The notes under the pieces: model-generated | The model's database searches: none | Told to the model about the DNA's origin: nothing | What the model saw: the letters and a program-made list of their open reading frames with translations, nothing else | Origin: an uncultured bacterium | GTDB lineage: Bacteria > CSSED10-310 > CAZUFC01 | DNA: 64,000 bases | Assembly (NCBI GenBank): GCA_964619725.1 | Contig: CAZUFC010000025.1 | Location: forward strand, 1-64,000 | Direction: 5' to 3' | Position numbers and translations under genes: made by a program | In this document: positions 9,566 through 19,690 of the stretch, in pieces | How positions within the stretch are numbered: the first letter of the stretch is position 1 | How the letters are laid out: every line of letters begins with the position of its first letter

Positions 9566-11482
9566 TCAGAATCCGCCTATCCAGACGTCGATAAGGCCGC
9601 TGTGTCCTTCGAAGTTTTCCAGAGCTTTGCCGACCACGGCCCCGAGGACAGAGGCGTCTGCTCTTGCGGCATGCCCTTCCAGGTCGGAAGTGGTAAGCAT
9701 ATCGCCGGCTTCGATGTATCCTGTGACCTTGCATGGCACGCTTCCGGCCAGGGCGACGAAAGCGCCTGATTTGGTAACGGCCATTTTAACGGCCGGTTCT
9801 GTGGAGATGACGCCGGCGAGGCGGGTATCGTAAATCTGATTGCAGGGGGCGATGCCGTCCCGGGTAATGACGACGACAGTTCCCGGTTCGATTCCCGGAG
9901 TTTCGGATTGTTCGATGAATTCTGAAACGAGCGCGTCTTCCTGTGCAGATATGTGGTCGGGATGCACCGGCAGTTTTTCAGCCAAGTCTGCGCTGGGGCA
10001 GGCGTAACCCACGGATGCGTGGATAGTGCCTGAAACGTCTAGTTTATAGGCCGGGGAAGTCGTGCCGATGCCGACCTCTCCGAGGCTTTGCGTAGCGATA
10101 AGTACGTCTCCCGGAAGAGAGTAATGAGCTCCGCCGTCCAGGTACAAAGGAGCGCCGCCGAACGATCCTGCTGCAGTCGTAATATAGAGAGGATCGCCCA
10201 AAAGCAGGGGATAGGAGTAGGTCGTTCCGGTTGAAATAGTTTTTGAACCGCTTCCGCCGGAAAACTTGAGATCACCGTCTATTTCAAGTTGTTCTTCGGG
10301 AGAGTCCGTTCCTATTCCGACGTTACCGTTTTGGAGGACATATATTCCCGTATCGCAGCTCCCGCCGTCGGTACAACCGGTGATGCCGATAAAATTCTCG
10401 TCTGAATCGTTCTCATCGCCTCTTAAGTATCCGGCAGCATAACCGGAACCGTCGCCGAATTCCAGCTTCGTGTTACCGCCGGTCCAGAGCTCCAGCCAGG
10501 AATTGGAGTTGCCCGCACGAAAAGCATCCCCGTTGCTTACGACGTCAAGCTTGTACTGAGGTTGATTTGAACCTATACCGAGATTTCCGTCCGTATCCAG
10601 CACCATTCTCGTGTAGCAGGGATTGCATTTTCTGAAATAAAGAGCATGAGCAGGATAAACGCTGCCGTCGCCGTTAACGGTGATTTTCCAGATGCCTTCA
10701 GTCTCATCCGTGTTGCTGATATGCAGGCCCGTACTTGAGCCGCTTCCCGAAAGATGCAAGGGAATCGTGCCCCCGACGACCCGGATGTCATACGAACTTG
10801 TGGGCAGCGTTCCTATTCCGATATGTCCGTTTAATTTATCGTAATAGATTTCCGCCCCTGCCGCCGCATCGTTGTCATTATAAAGCAATTGCCGGTTCGA
10901 ACCCCCTACAGGGCCTGTCGGGCCGCTGGGCCCCTGCGATCCCGAAGGTCCCGAAGGCCCGCTCGGACCCTGCGATCCGGAAGGCCCCGAAGGCCCGGAC
11001 GGACCTGTTAACCCGGTCGGATCGCCGACCCATTCGCCGTATTCGTTGATGACCGTTCCGTATCCTGAAATGTCTACACTCGAGGGTGTAATGGCTTCCT
11101 CATGTACGTCCGATGCATTCAACGCCTGACCTGTTGAAGTCAATTCGAGTCTCGGCATCAACGTTTCTTCATTGACTTTGATCTGCAGCCAATATTGATC
11201 GTCGAAATCAAGATTCAGGGGATTGACCGTTCCCAATATCACGCTGAAATAACCCGCGGTTACTTCCACGCCGGCTTGTGTTTCCGTCCAAACAGGCATG
11301 CCGCCCGATGCAGTGAGATATATCCCGAATTCCAGCTCGTAGATGCCGCTTAACGGCTCACCCTCAGAATTCTCCAAATGCCCCTGATAATTGATGCGTT
11401 CAGGGACCATTCCCATTGAAGTTCCGTTAAGAACCGCCGCTACTGCCCCAAAAATAAAAATAATACAAAGTTGCTTTTTCAT
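9566..11482 (-). CDS. Secreted collagen-like / tail-fibre-like protein with C-terminal autocleaving-chaperone-like domain
   Basis: Signal peptide; [10 protein letters not shown]-terminal domain; (GPS)n collagen tract; repeated G(N)VGIGT motifs; ADLAE...GVIS..P...VALAG.VPCKV...GD.LTTS...VGKALE C-terminus. Confidence 0.7.
   Translation of the reverse strand: MKKQLCIIFIFGAVAAVLNGTSMGMVPERINYQGHLENSEGEPLSGIYELEFGIYLTASGGMPVWTETQAGVEVTAGYFSVILGTVNPLNLDFDDQYWLQIKVNEETLMPRLELTSTGQALNASDVHEEAITPSSVDISGYGTVINEYGEWVGDPTGLTGPSGPSGPSGSQGPSGPSGPSGSQGPSGPTGPVGGSNRQLLYNDNDAAAGAEIYYDKLNGHIGIGTLPTSSYDIRVVGGTIPLHLSGSGSSTGLHISNTDETEGIWKITVNGDGSVYPAHALYFRKCNPCYTRMVLDTDGNLGIGSNQPQYKLDVVSNGDAFRAGNSNSWLELWTGGNTKLEFGDGSGYAAGYLRGDENDSDENFIGITGCTDGGSCDTGIYVLQNGNVGIGTDSPEEQLEIDGDLKFSGGSGSKTISTGTTYSYPLLLGDPLYITTAAGSFGGAPLYLDGGAHYSLPGDVLIATQSLGEVGIGTTSPAYKLDVSGTIHASVGYACPSADLAEKLPVHPDHISAQEDALVSEFIEQSETPGIEPGTVVVITRDGIAPCNQIYDTRLAGVISTEPAVKMAVTKSGAFVALAGSVPCKVTGYIEAGDMLTTSDLEGHAARADASVLGAVVGKALENFEGHSGLIDVWIGGF
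10905..11020 (-). repeat. Collagen Gly-X-Y coding repeat
   Basis: [34 protein letters not shown]. Confidence 0.85.
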
Positions 11483-11833
11483 CTTTGTCCTTTCAGACCG
11501 TTTAATCATTCTCGCAAAGCTCAACTTCATCAATCAGCTTTGCGGAAACGGCACGAATGAAATTAGGTAACTGCTTTCATGATGAAATTTTTTTGAACAT
11601 ATCCATGATAAATGTTCAAATTTTTTTCCTCTTTCATAAAAAGCACATTAGTGATCGAACTGCGTGAAGAATCAGCGTTTAAAAGAGGAGATTCAACAAT
11701 CGGTTTTTACTCATGCGTCAAGCGCCCTCCTTTCTAAAAATTGAAAGCGTTTTTAAATGATTGCCGCTAAGTTTTAAAAGAGTCAGCGAAGCCATCAAAT
11801 TGAATCGACATTCGGAAACAACCCTTACTCATT

Positions 11834-11861
11834 AATGTACTGAAAAATGATCATCAGTCAA
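11834..11861 (-). promoter_or_regulatory. Candidate sigma70 promoter for the collagen-like/peptidase genes
   Basis: Minus strand TTGACT-N16-TACATT. Confidence 0.4.
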
Positions 11862-11880
11862 GAAAAAGTCAAGGAAAGGG

Positions 11881-11909
11881 TTGACTTTCAATTTTGTTTG
11901 TTTTAGTTT
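11881..11909 (+). promoter_or_regulatory. Candidate sigma70 promoter for the hdrA' operon
   Basis: TTGACT-N17-TAGTTT, back-to-back with the minus-strand candidate. Confidence 0.4.
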
Positions 11910-12177
11910 GAGTTACGATAAAGAGTTTGATTCATTAACCCATCAATCTCGGGAAGCGATACTGGCCATGGTTTTAATCGAACGTTACGGCGACAGACTC
12001 TCGTTTCACTACATGAATTTTCTTTCCTTGAACATTTTGCATTTCTTTTAAAAGACCCAATTAAAAATCGAATAAGTCTTTTGACAGGAGAGGCGTCAAC
12101 ATGCCTGAAGAGGATTCAACCTATCGGCGATATCGTCATGACACAGTATCAAAAAAGGAGATAAAGGAGGGCGATCA

Positions 12178-15102
12178 GTGGCAGAAAGTTCAGTATTAGT
12201 GTATGGAACGAATCTGGCAGGGTATCGGGCGGCATATGCTTTATGCAAGAAGGGTCATCAGGTAATCCATTTGAACAGGGGTTCGTATATAGATGAGTAT
12301 AAGAATCAGGCATTGCAGCAACTTCCGCTTGATTTTTGCTGGGTTTGCGGACATATGCCTCAAAGGTTGTTCAAAGGAATGGGTTGTCTGAAGGACAATT
12401 ACAGCGTTGAGGTAACGGAAGTAACGGGAGAAGCGGGAGATTTCACGATCAAGTTCAGGAAGCAGGATCAGCTTGTGAACAATTTCATATGCTGCGAATG
12501 CGACAGGTGCATCGAGGCGTGTCCGGAGGAGAAGGACGGGAGAAAGGCGATATATGTATTGCCTCATGTAGCGTGGGAGAACATTTATTTAATAGACGAG
12601 GAGATGTGCACGCAATGCGGGCGGTGCGAGGATGCTTGTCCGACCGGGGCTTTAAAGTTGGAGCGTCCGGTGGAGGAGATGGAGGTGAAGGCGGGGGCGA
12701 TAGCTTTAGCGCTTGAGTATGAGAGTCCGACGGCGGAGGAGCTGGCGCAGTTTGGACTGGGTAAGAGCAGCCGGGTGCAGACTAATGCGGAGATAGGGCG
12801 CAGGTCGTCGTTGAGCAATTTTACGATAGATGCGTTAAGGACCCGAAGCGGTGAAGTCCCTGATGATTTTTCAATCATAGTGACTCCCCAGTTCAATGAG
12901 GCGATCGTGGAGCATGAAAATTACAATCTTTCTATAACAGCGATTTACAGGGCGCTGAAGATAAAGGAACTGATGCCGTCGGCGAAAGTAACCGTTTACC
13001 TGCAGCATTTCAAGGGATCGGGCGAGAATCATTACCGGTTTTATGAGAAGGCGAAATCGACGGGCGTGAAAATAGAGAAGGTTGATAAGTTGAGCGTATT
13101 TGTGGAGTCGGAAGAAGATGTGGTGATTCGATATGAGCAAGCGGGAGAGAGTCTGGAGCATAAGACAGGTATGGTGATTTTAGTAACGGGTCAGAAGCGT
13201 CCGTCCGTGATGGATGAGGTAACGAGCAAATTTAAAGTTGAAAGCGATGAAAGAGGATTTTGCAGGACGCAACCTTTTTCAGTGGGTGAGACGACTATTC
13301 CGGGAATATTCGCAGCAGGCGAATTTACCGGAGTGAAGGGGTTGCCGGAGATCGTGTGGGAAGGATGCGCCATGATGACGGAGATGCTGCCTTACCTGGG
13401 CGAGAAGAATTTTTCTCCGGCTCCGCCGCCGAGTTTACGTGATTTAAGCGTTGAGAGACCCAATGTCGGGGTTTTCATATGCAGTTGTTTTGGGACTTTT
13501 TCTGATAAAATGGACTTGGGATTGCTGAAAGAGAAGGTAAAGGGGCTGAAGGATGTCGGGCATGTTGAAATCATACAAGGTTGCTGCACTCCTTCGACGA
13601 TGACCGAGACTGCTGAAAAGATAAAGGCATCGGGCGTAAACAGGGTTATACTGGCGGTATGCACGCCGCTTCAGAAGCTGTTGAAGTATCGAAAAACGGT
13701 CATGATGGCGGGCGTTAATCCCTTGTTAAGCGAATTTTTAAGGCTGCGGGAAGACGTCATCAATGTTCACGGCGACAGGAAGAAGATGCTGGATAAAGCC
13801 TTGACGTTGATACGTTCAGGGGTAGAGAAAGTCAAAAGGTCGCATCAGGAACCCACGTTAATGACGGAATTTACCGACAGGGTTCTTGTAATCGGCGGAG
13901 GCGTATCCGGAATCATGGCGGCCTATGAGATCGGCAAAGCGGGTTACCCTGTGACAATTGCGGAGAAAAAAAGAGACCTGGGCGGTATGGCAGACAGGCT
14001 TAGCGAAGATCAGAGGAATTATGTCAACGATAAACTGGAAAAACTCGGCAAAATGGAGAATGTTGAGATACTCACCCGTTCTGAAGTCAAGAAAGTGACC
14101 GGACAAGCCGGCGATTTCACTGTAAAGATTGAGGGAGAAGAAGCTAAGGAAATTAAAGCAGGCGCGATAATGATCGCTGTCGGAGCCCGTGAAAGTATTC
14201 CCGAAGGTTGGCTTTACGGCGAGGATGAACGCGTGATGACTCAAAGCGAAGTAAAAGAAAAGTTAAGCCGGGACGCTGAACTGAAGGGCCGGATAGCGAT
14301 GATTCAGTGCGTGGGTTCAAAAGATGCCGATCATCCCTATTGTTCCAGAATTTGTTGCGCTCAAGCTTTGGAGAATGCCGTGTCCCTGAGAGAAAAGGGG
14401 GCGGAAGTATCAATTTATTATACTGATTTGAATCTTTATGATGAAGAGACGGAGCTTTATAAACAAGCGACCGGAAGAGATGTAAATTTCATCCGGGTGA
14501 AGGAGCGTCCCAAAGTTTTGAGAGAGAATGAGCGGTTATATGTGGACGATGGAAACAAGAAAGAGGAGTATGATTATATCGTTCTGAGCACGGGGATAGA
14601 ACCTGATTATGAGATGAACAAAGCGCTGTCTGAAATGTTGGATTATCCCCTGGGCAAAAACGGTTTTTTCGTCAACGACGTCAGCGGTTATCCTTACGAA
14701 GAGGTGATAAAGAAGCTGGTAAAACCGTTTGAACTGGGGTCCAATTTTATTTTTCCGATAGGGATGGCTCATTCGCCCCGTAATTTCGATCAAACGCTGT
14801 TGATTGCAAAGGATGCTGCAGGAAGGGCCATGGTAATGCTGGACAAGCCGAAGGTTCCGCCGCCCAACGCCATGTATGTTGCTGGTGTGGTAGAGTCAAT
14901 TTGCATGGGGTGCGGAGTCTGCATCGATGTATGTCCCTATTACGCCCGGTATCTGGACACATCGAAGAATATTGCGGCGGTGCGGCCGATGTTGTGCGAT
15001 TCATGCGGGACCTGCGTGGCTATATGCCCGAATAATGCCTCATATCTGAGGGATTTAAGGGGCGATCAGGTGATGGCTTCGCTGGATGAAGTCTTGATAT
15101 AG
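12178..15102 (+). CDS. hdrA: Large HdrA-like flavo-iron-sulfur protein (two FAD modules, ferredoxin domains)
   Basis: GTG start with AAGGAGG; inserted CxxCxxCxxxCP ferredoxin; internal GVFICSC HdrA N-domain; GGGVSG; IQCVGS..YCSRICC; C-terminal 2x[4Fe-4S]. Confidence 0.85.
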   Translation: MAESSVLVYGTNLAGYRAAYALCKKGHQVIHLNRGSYIDEYKNQALQQLPLDFCWVCGHMPQRLFKGMGCLKDNYSVEVTEVTGEAGDFTIKFRKQDQLVNNFICCECDRCIEACPEEKDGRKAIYVLPHVAWENIYLIDEEMCTQCGRCEDACPTGALKLERPVEEMEVKAGAIALALEYESPTAEELAQFGLGKSSRVQTNAEIGRRSSLSNFTIDALRTRSGEVPDDFSIIVTPQFNEAIVEHENYNLSITAIYRALKIKELMPSAKVTVYLQHFKGSGENHYRFYEKAKSTGVKIEKVDKLSVFVESEEDVVIRYEQAGESLEHKTGMVILVTGQKRPSVMDEVTSKFKVESDERGFCRTQPFSVGETTIPGIFAAGEFTGVKGLPEIVWEGCAMMTEMLPYLGEKNFSPAPPPSLRDLSVERPNVGVFICSCFGTFSDKMDLGLLKEKVKGLKDVGHVEIIQGCCTPSTMTETAEKIKASGVNRVILAVCTPLQKLLKYRKTVMMAGVNPLLSEFLRLREDVINVHGDRKKMLDKALTLIRSGVEKVKRSHQEPTLMTEFTDRVLVIGGGVSGIMAAYEIGKAGYPVTIAEKKRDLGGMADRLSEDQRNYVNDKLEKLGKMENVEILTRSEVKKVTGQAGDFTVKIEGEEAKEIKAGAIMIAVGARESIPEGWLYGEDERVMTQSEVKEKLSRDAELKGRIAMIQCVGSKDADHPYCSRICCAQALENAVSLREKGAEVSIYYTDLNLYDEETELYKQATGRDVNFIRVKERPKVLRENERLYVDDGNKKEEYDYIVLSTGIEPDYEMNKALSEMLDYPLGKNGFFVNDVSGYPYEEVIKKLVKPFELGSNFIFPIGMAHSPRNFDQTLLIAKDAAGRAMVMLDKPKVPPPNAMYVAGVVESICMGCGVCIDVCPYYARYLDTSKNIAAVRPMLCDSCGTCVAICPNNASYLRDLRGDQVMASLDEVLI

Positions 15103-15111
15103 GAGGTTATA

Positions 15112-15537
15112 ATGGACGAAAATTTTGAACCGAAGATAATATATTTCATGTGTTCCTGGTGCGGAACAGGAGGTTGTGAAACGGCTTCCGCTTATCATTA
15201 TTCCTATCCTGAAAACGTATTGCCGTTCAGGTATAACTGTACCGGCTCAATACCGACGGTTCATCTGTTGCGGTCGTTCCTGGAGGGAGCAGACGGCGTC
15301 GTCATCAGCGGATGTCATCCCGGCGACTGCCATTATAACGACGGCAATTTCAGGGCGAGAAGAAAAGTCGCTCTGGTCAAAAATTTAATGAATTCTTTCG
15401 GATTGGAATCGGACAGATTGTGGTTCAGATATGTGGCTCATGGGGAGGCCAGGAGATTCGCGGATACGGCAAACGAATTCGAGAGACATGTAAGAGAAAT
15501 GGGACGCAATCCGCTGAAAGCGAGGAAGGAAACATGA
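15112..15537 (+). CDS. mvhD: MvhD/FlpD [2Fe-2S] subunit (divergent)
   Basis: FEPKII.F.C.WC, CTG, GADGV...GCHPGDCHY. Confidence 0.88.
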   Translation: MDENFEPKIIYFMCSWCGTGGCETASAYHYSYPENVLPFRYNCTGSIPTVHLLRSFLEGADGVVISGCHPGDCHYNDGNFRARRKVALVKNLMNSFGLESDRLWFRYVAHGEARRFADTANEFERHVREMGRNPLKARKET

Positions 15538-16610
15538 GTTTATCGGAGGAAATAAAAAAAGTGATATCGCAGATGGTTCAGGGAGAGATGCTGGATGCCG
15601 TTATCGTTCCTATGAGAACGCCGGGTGGAGATTCTTACGCCTATGTTTTGACCGATAAGCAGGAACTGATCGAAAAATCGATCCCGGTCCCGCCGGCCAT
15701 GCCGCAGCAGGGCGGAAAAGCTTTGATGAGCCTGACAAGATGGGGAGAAACGAAGAAGAGGATCGGGGCTTTACTGCATCCTTGCGAAGTAAAGGCGGTA
15801 ATCGAGCTTTTCAAGTTAAAACAGACTCACTTGGAAAACATTTATCTGATGAGTTACGAATGCGAAGGCGTCTTTAAAACGCGGGAATATCAGAACAATG
15901 CGGATGAGGTGGAGCGTGAGTTCAACGAAGGCAAAATTGATGGAGAGCGACTGCGATTCGCCTGCAGCATTTGCGATGATTTTGCATCAGCGGATGCAGA
16001 TTTGTATTTCGGCATTTCCGGGGGGCAGATCGGGGTGATATCCTGCAGTGAAAAAGGACGGCAGCTTGCCGAGGGCGTTTCATTGCCTGTCGACGTCAAG
16101 AGCGATATGCCTGATCGATTGAGAGAAAAAAGAGGGGAGAGCAAGAGGGCATTTATCGATAAAATGAAAATCGAAGCGAGCGGAGCGGATAAATTTATCG
16201 AGGTGTTCAGTCAATGCATCAATTGCAGGAATTGCATGAGGGTGTGTCCGATATGCTATTGCCGGCAGTGTTTTTTTGATTCTTCTGCGGTGAAGATGTC
16301 GCCCGACAATTACATACGACGAGCGGAGAAGAGGGGAGCGTTGAGATTGCCGGCGGACACCATTCTTTTCCATCTGGGGCGAATGTCTCACATGATGCTG
16401 TCCTGTTCAAAATGCGGCGTATGCGAAGATGCCTGTCCTATGGACATACCGGTATCGCAGATGTTCATTTATGCTGCTGAGAATGCGCAGAAAGAATTTG
16501 ACTACAGTGCGGGAAGCGACCGCAATGAAGAATTGCCGCTTGTTGTTTATGAAGAGGAGGAATTTGAATCAATCGTTGCTCCTTATGCAGAAACATTTAA
16601 GGGAGAATAG
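15534..16610 (+). CDS. FdhB/FrhB-like 4Fe-4S dicluster protein
   Basis: ATGA overlap with mvhD; PCE motif, CINCRNCMRVCPICYC, FHLGR..H....CSKCGVCEDACP. Confidence 0.8.
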   Translation: MSLSEEIKKVISQMVQGEMLDAVIVPMRTPGGDSYAYVLTDKQELIEKSIPVPPAMPQQGGKALMSLTRWGETKKRIGALLHPCEVKAVIELFKLKQTHLENIYLMSYECEGVFKTREYQNNADEVEREFNEGKIDGERLRFACSICDDFASADADLYFGISGGQIGVISCSEKGRQLAEGVSLPVDVKSDMPDRLREKRGESKRAFIDKMKIEASGADKFIEVFSQCINCRNCMRVCPICYCRQCFFDSSAVKMSPDNYIRRAEKRGALRLPADTILFHLGRMSHMMLSCSKCGVCEDACPMDIPVSQMFIYAAENAQKEFDYSAGSDRNEELPLVVYEEEEFESIVAPYAETFKGE

Positions 16611-16611
16611 A

Positions 16612-17709
16612 ATGAAACGCACAGCGAGACTGAATAAAAAAGCGGAAGAGGGTTTGAAATCTCTGCTTGAATTTCTTGTCGAAGAAAAGAGAGTTGATGC
16701 TGTTTTTGCGCCGGCTGCGATAGGAGAGAAGGAAGAATACAATTATTTTCTTATAAAAGACAAGGAATTGATAAAAAACGTCAGTCCTTTTTATCCGTTC
16801 ATGCCGGGTAATGCGGGGAAGATACTGGCTCAACTGGTTTTGAACGATCCATTCGACAAGCCTTGCGCGGTCGTCGCGAAGCCCTGTGAGATTCGTGCTT
16901 TCGTCGAGATCGTCAAGCAGAACCAGGCCAATCCTGAGAACGTATATTTCATAAGCTATACTTGTCCGGGAGTATTTCCTTTGAGAACGTTCACAGAAAG
17001 CGGGGCATCGGAGAAGGTTCAGGATTTCCTGGATAATATCGGCGCAGAAGAAATTTCCGAAGATATACGGGAAACCTGCAAAGCCTGTGAGCATCCTGTG
17101 CCGGTGAATTCAGACATCACTTTCGTCCTTTTCGGCGAAGACGCCCGGAACGAATCGGTATTGATTGCGGAAAATGAGAAGGGGGCCGGATTGCTGGAGG
17201 GTTTCGGCGCAGAGTATATCGAGCGCAAGAAGAATTATGACCCTATATTGAAGAAGAGGAAAGCGGAGAAGGAACGATTAGTGAAAGAATATCAGGAAAA
17301 GTATCAGGGGCTTGAAAATTTGACCGGTCTGTTCGGTCGCTGCATATCCTGTCATGCCTGTAGCAGGGTTTGCCCCATATGTTCCTGCAATCTATGCGAT
17401 TTTGATTCTGCGCTTCATGAATTAAAGCCTGAGAAATACGAAAGTGAGATGGCGAAACGAGGAGGGATCAGGGTACCGACAAATGTATTGCTGTTTCATC
17501 TGGGCCGATTGGTCCATGCAGGCGTTTCCTGTGTGAATTGCGGGATGTGTACCGATGTATGTCCGTCCGATATACCGGTGGCTCAAATTTTTCTGAAAGT
17601 CGGAGGTGCAGTGCAGAAACTGTTTGATTACACGCCGGGCAAAGACTATGAGGAAGAATTGCCCATGAAGAAATATGAGCAGGAAGAATTAGTGGAGTTT
17701 GCTCTTTAG
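16612..17709 (+). CDS. Second FdhB/FrhB-like 4Fe-4S dicluster protein
   Basis: KPCE, CISCHACSRVCPICSC, FHLGR..H....CVNCGMCTDVCP; clear paralog of the upstream gene. Confidence 0.8.
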   Translation: MKRTARLNKKAEEGLKSLLEFLVEEKRVDAVFAPAAIGEKEEYNYFLIKDKELIKNVSPFYPFMPGNAGKILAQLVLNDPFDKPCAVVAKPCEIRAFVEIVKQNQANPENVYFISYTCPGVFPLRTFTESGASEKVQDFLDNIGAEEISEDIRETCKACEHPVPVNSDITFVLFGEDARNESVLIAENEKGAGLLEGFGAEYIERKKNYDPILKKRKAEKERLVKEYQEKYQGLENLTGLFGRCISCHACSRVCPICSCNLCDFDSALHELKPEKYESEMAKRGGIRVPTNVLLFHLGRLVHAGVSCVNCGMCTDVCPSDIPVAQIFLKVGGAVQKLFDYTPGKDYEEELPMKKYEQEELVEFAL

Positions 17710-17723
17710 GAGGTTGAATCAGT

Positions 17724-18152
17724 ATGGACAGGAATAATTTTTCTCCGAGAATAGTCGGATTCTTGTGTAAATGGTGTGCTTACAGCGGCGCTGACCTGGC
17801 CGGCGTAAGCCGTGAAAAATATCCGCCCAATATGTTTCCGATTCGTGTCATGTGTTCAGGAAGAGTCGATCCCCTCTTCCTGGTAAAAGCTCATCTTTAC
17901 GGCGCGGATTCTGTCATGATAGGCGGTTGCCATCCGGGTGATTGTCATTACAATTCAGGTAACCTGATGGCCCGAAGGCGTTTTGCTGTTTTGAAGGAAG
18001 TGCTGGAAAACACGGGGCTTGAAGCAGACAGACTGAAGCTTCATTGGATTGCGGCATCCGAAGGCAGCAAATACGCCAGAACGGTAGAAAAATTGACGGC
18101 GGAGACGAAGAAAAAAGGGCCTAATCCCATAGGAAAGGAAATATTTATTTAG
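17724..18152 (+). CDS. mvhD: MvhD/FlpD [2Fe-2S] subunit
   Basis: FLCKWCAYSGADLAG, RVMCSGRV, GCHPGDCHY. Confidence 0.92.
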   Translation: MDRNNFSPRIVGFLCKWCAYSGADLAGVSREKYPPNMFPIRVMCSGRVDPLFLVKAHLYGADSVMIGGCHPGDCHYNSGNLMARRRFAVLKEVLENTGLEADRLKLHWIAASEGSKYARTVEKLTAETKKKGPNPIGKEIFI

Positions 18153-18181
18153 GCGGATGCCGAATAACGGAAATTATAAAA

Positions 18182-18225
18182 CCGGCTGTCGAGCGATGCC
18201 TTCGTCCGACAGCCGGCGTTTTTTT
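18182..18225 (+). terminator. Intrinsic terminator between convergent operons
   Basis: CCGGCTGTCG / CGACAGCCGG arms followed by a T tract. Confidence 0.7.
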
Positions 18226-18271
18226 GATTGATGCCTGATGACCGATCCCGAAACGATTTTCCCGAATCGGA

Positions 18272-19657
18272 TCATCTGGTTTCCATGAGCGAGGCTACGA
18301 GGTCGGAAAGCTCCTCATTGATTTTCTCGTCGTCTTTCAAGTTGTCTGCAGCAGGAGGTTTCCAATATCCGCCCATTGATTTGAAGATAGAGCGCTTGGG
18401 TTTGAGTTTGACTCTTTTTCTGACTTTAGGAACAGTCATGCAAGCCGACGGCATGAAGAGAATTTTTTCACGGCCTTTTTGAGTCACAGCGGCATCCAAT
18501 GCTTCCTGCAGGGTCCTGAAGGGCTTCATGAATATGGACTTCATCAAACCGGGATCGATATCGGTCACGGCCCAAATTTGAGCCCAACGGGCTATTTCGG
18601 CGATTTTAGCTGCCTTGTGGTAGCCCAGGACGTATTCTTTTTCGATTTTATCGAGAGCGGCCTGGGGGTCTCTGGCGCTGGACAACAGTTTGACGAACGT
18701 ATCATGTCCGACGCCGCTGCGGCATTTTGATACGAGAATTAGGATGCCGTTGGGAGCCAGGGCATGTTTCGCGTTATCAATCGCCTTCTGGGACTGATAG
18801 AGATCAATATCCATGGGATAAGGCGCTACTGCGACGACGATTTCCGCTTTTTCCTTGATGTCGACCGCAAAGACCTGATGGGCCTTCTCTATGGCGGCAT
18901 TAAGCGATTCGCTGATATCGCCTGCAGTGGCGGCATAGATTCTCTCTTCACGATCCAGCACCGTCATAATGGTGAAGATATCTTTATCCTTGATGATTTG
19001 GATAGCGTCCTCCATATCTTCATGAACGGGATTGCCTTTCAACGCCAGCGATTGCGCGCTCATTTTAAGAGCGAGTTTATGATTCTGCTGAATCGTTTTG
19101 TAGGAGGCTATACCGGGAAGGAAAGCTTTTCTGCCGCCGGTGTATCCCGCGAAATAATGCGGTTCGACAGACCCGATGATAACTATTTTCTGTGCTTCTA
19201 CGCCCAGACGGTTCACCCACATTTCCGTCCCGTTTTTTGAGACGCCGATTTTGACCATATCCTCATCTTTTTTGGCATCGTGCACATGAATTCTATCCCT
19301 GTATTCGTCCAGCCGTTTTCCGAAGATGAACTGCAATTCGCCTTCGGTGGGACCTCGATGTACGCCCGTTGCGATGATGAAACGAACTTTTTTATCGGCA
19401 ATTCTGTCATGGATGATGTCGAGGACTTTGGCCGTAGGTGTAGGCCTCGTTCCGTCGTTGACGATAAAGAGTATATCGTCGGCATCATCAAGGAAATCAT
19501 CGAAGGATTTTGATGCGACAGGATTATTCAAAGCCTTGAATAAAGTTTCCTTTTCATCGGACCTGGGTACGGCGTTAGGATAGACGTAACCGCCGAAATT
19601 TTCGTCGTTGATAAAAGCTTCAACGATTTCACGGCCGTAAGGAATTTCAACTCTCAT
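18272..19657 (-). CDS. larA: LarA-family nickel-pincer 2-hydroxyacid racemase/epimerase
   Basis: ND.TRPTP, ATGVHR, PHYFAGYTGGRK..LPG, D..LYQ..K motifs; substrate not determinable. Confidence 0.88.
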   Translation of the reverse strand: MRVEIPYGREIVEAFINDENFGGYVYPNAVPRSDEKETLFKALNNPVASKSFDDFLDDADDILFIVNDGTRPTPTAKVLDIIHDRIADKKVRFIIATGVHRGPTEGELQFIFGKRLDEYRDRIHVHDAKKDEDMVKIGVSKNGTEMWVNRLGVEAQKIVIIGSVEPHYFAGYTGGRKAFLPGIASYKTIQQNHKLALKMSAQSLALKGNPVHEDMEDAIQIIKDKDIFTIMTVLDREERIYAATAGDISESLNAAIEKAHQVFAVDIKEKAEIVVAVAPYPMDIDLYQSQKAIDNAKHALAPNGILILVSKCRSGVGHDTFVKLLSSARDPQAALDKIEKEYVLGYHKAAKIAEIARWAQIWAVTDIDPGLMKSIFMKPFRTLQEALDAAVTQKGREKILFMPSACMTVPKVRKRVKLKPKRSIFKSMGGYWKPPAADNLKDDEKINEELSDLVASLMETR

Positions 19658-19690
19658 CAGCTAATCTGACCTTCTTTCTTTTTAATTTTC

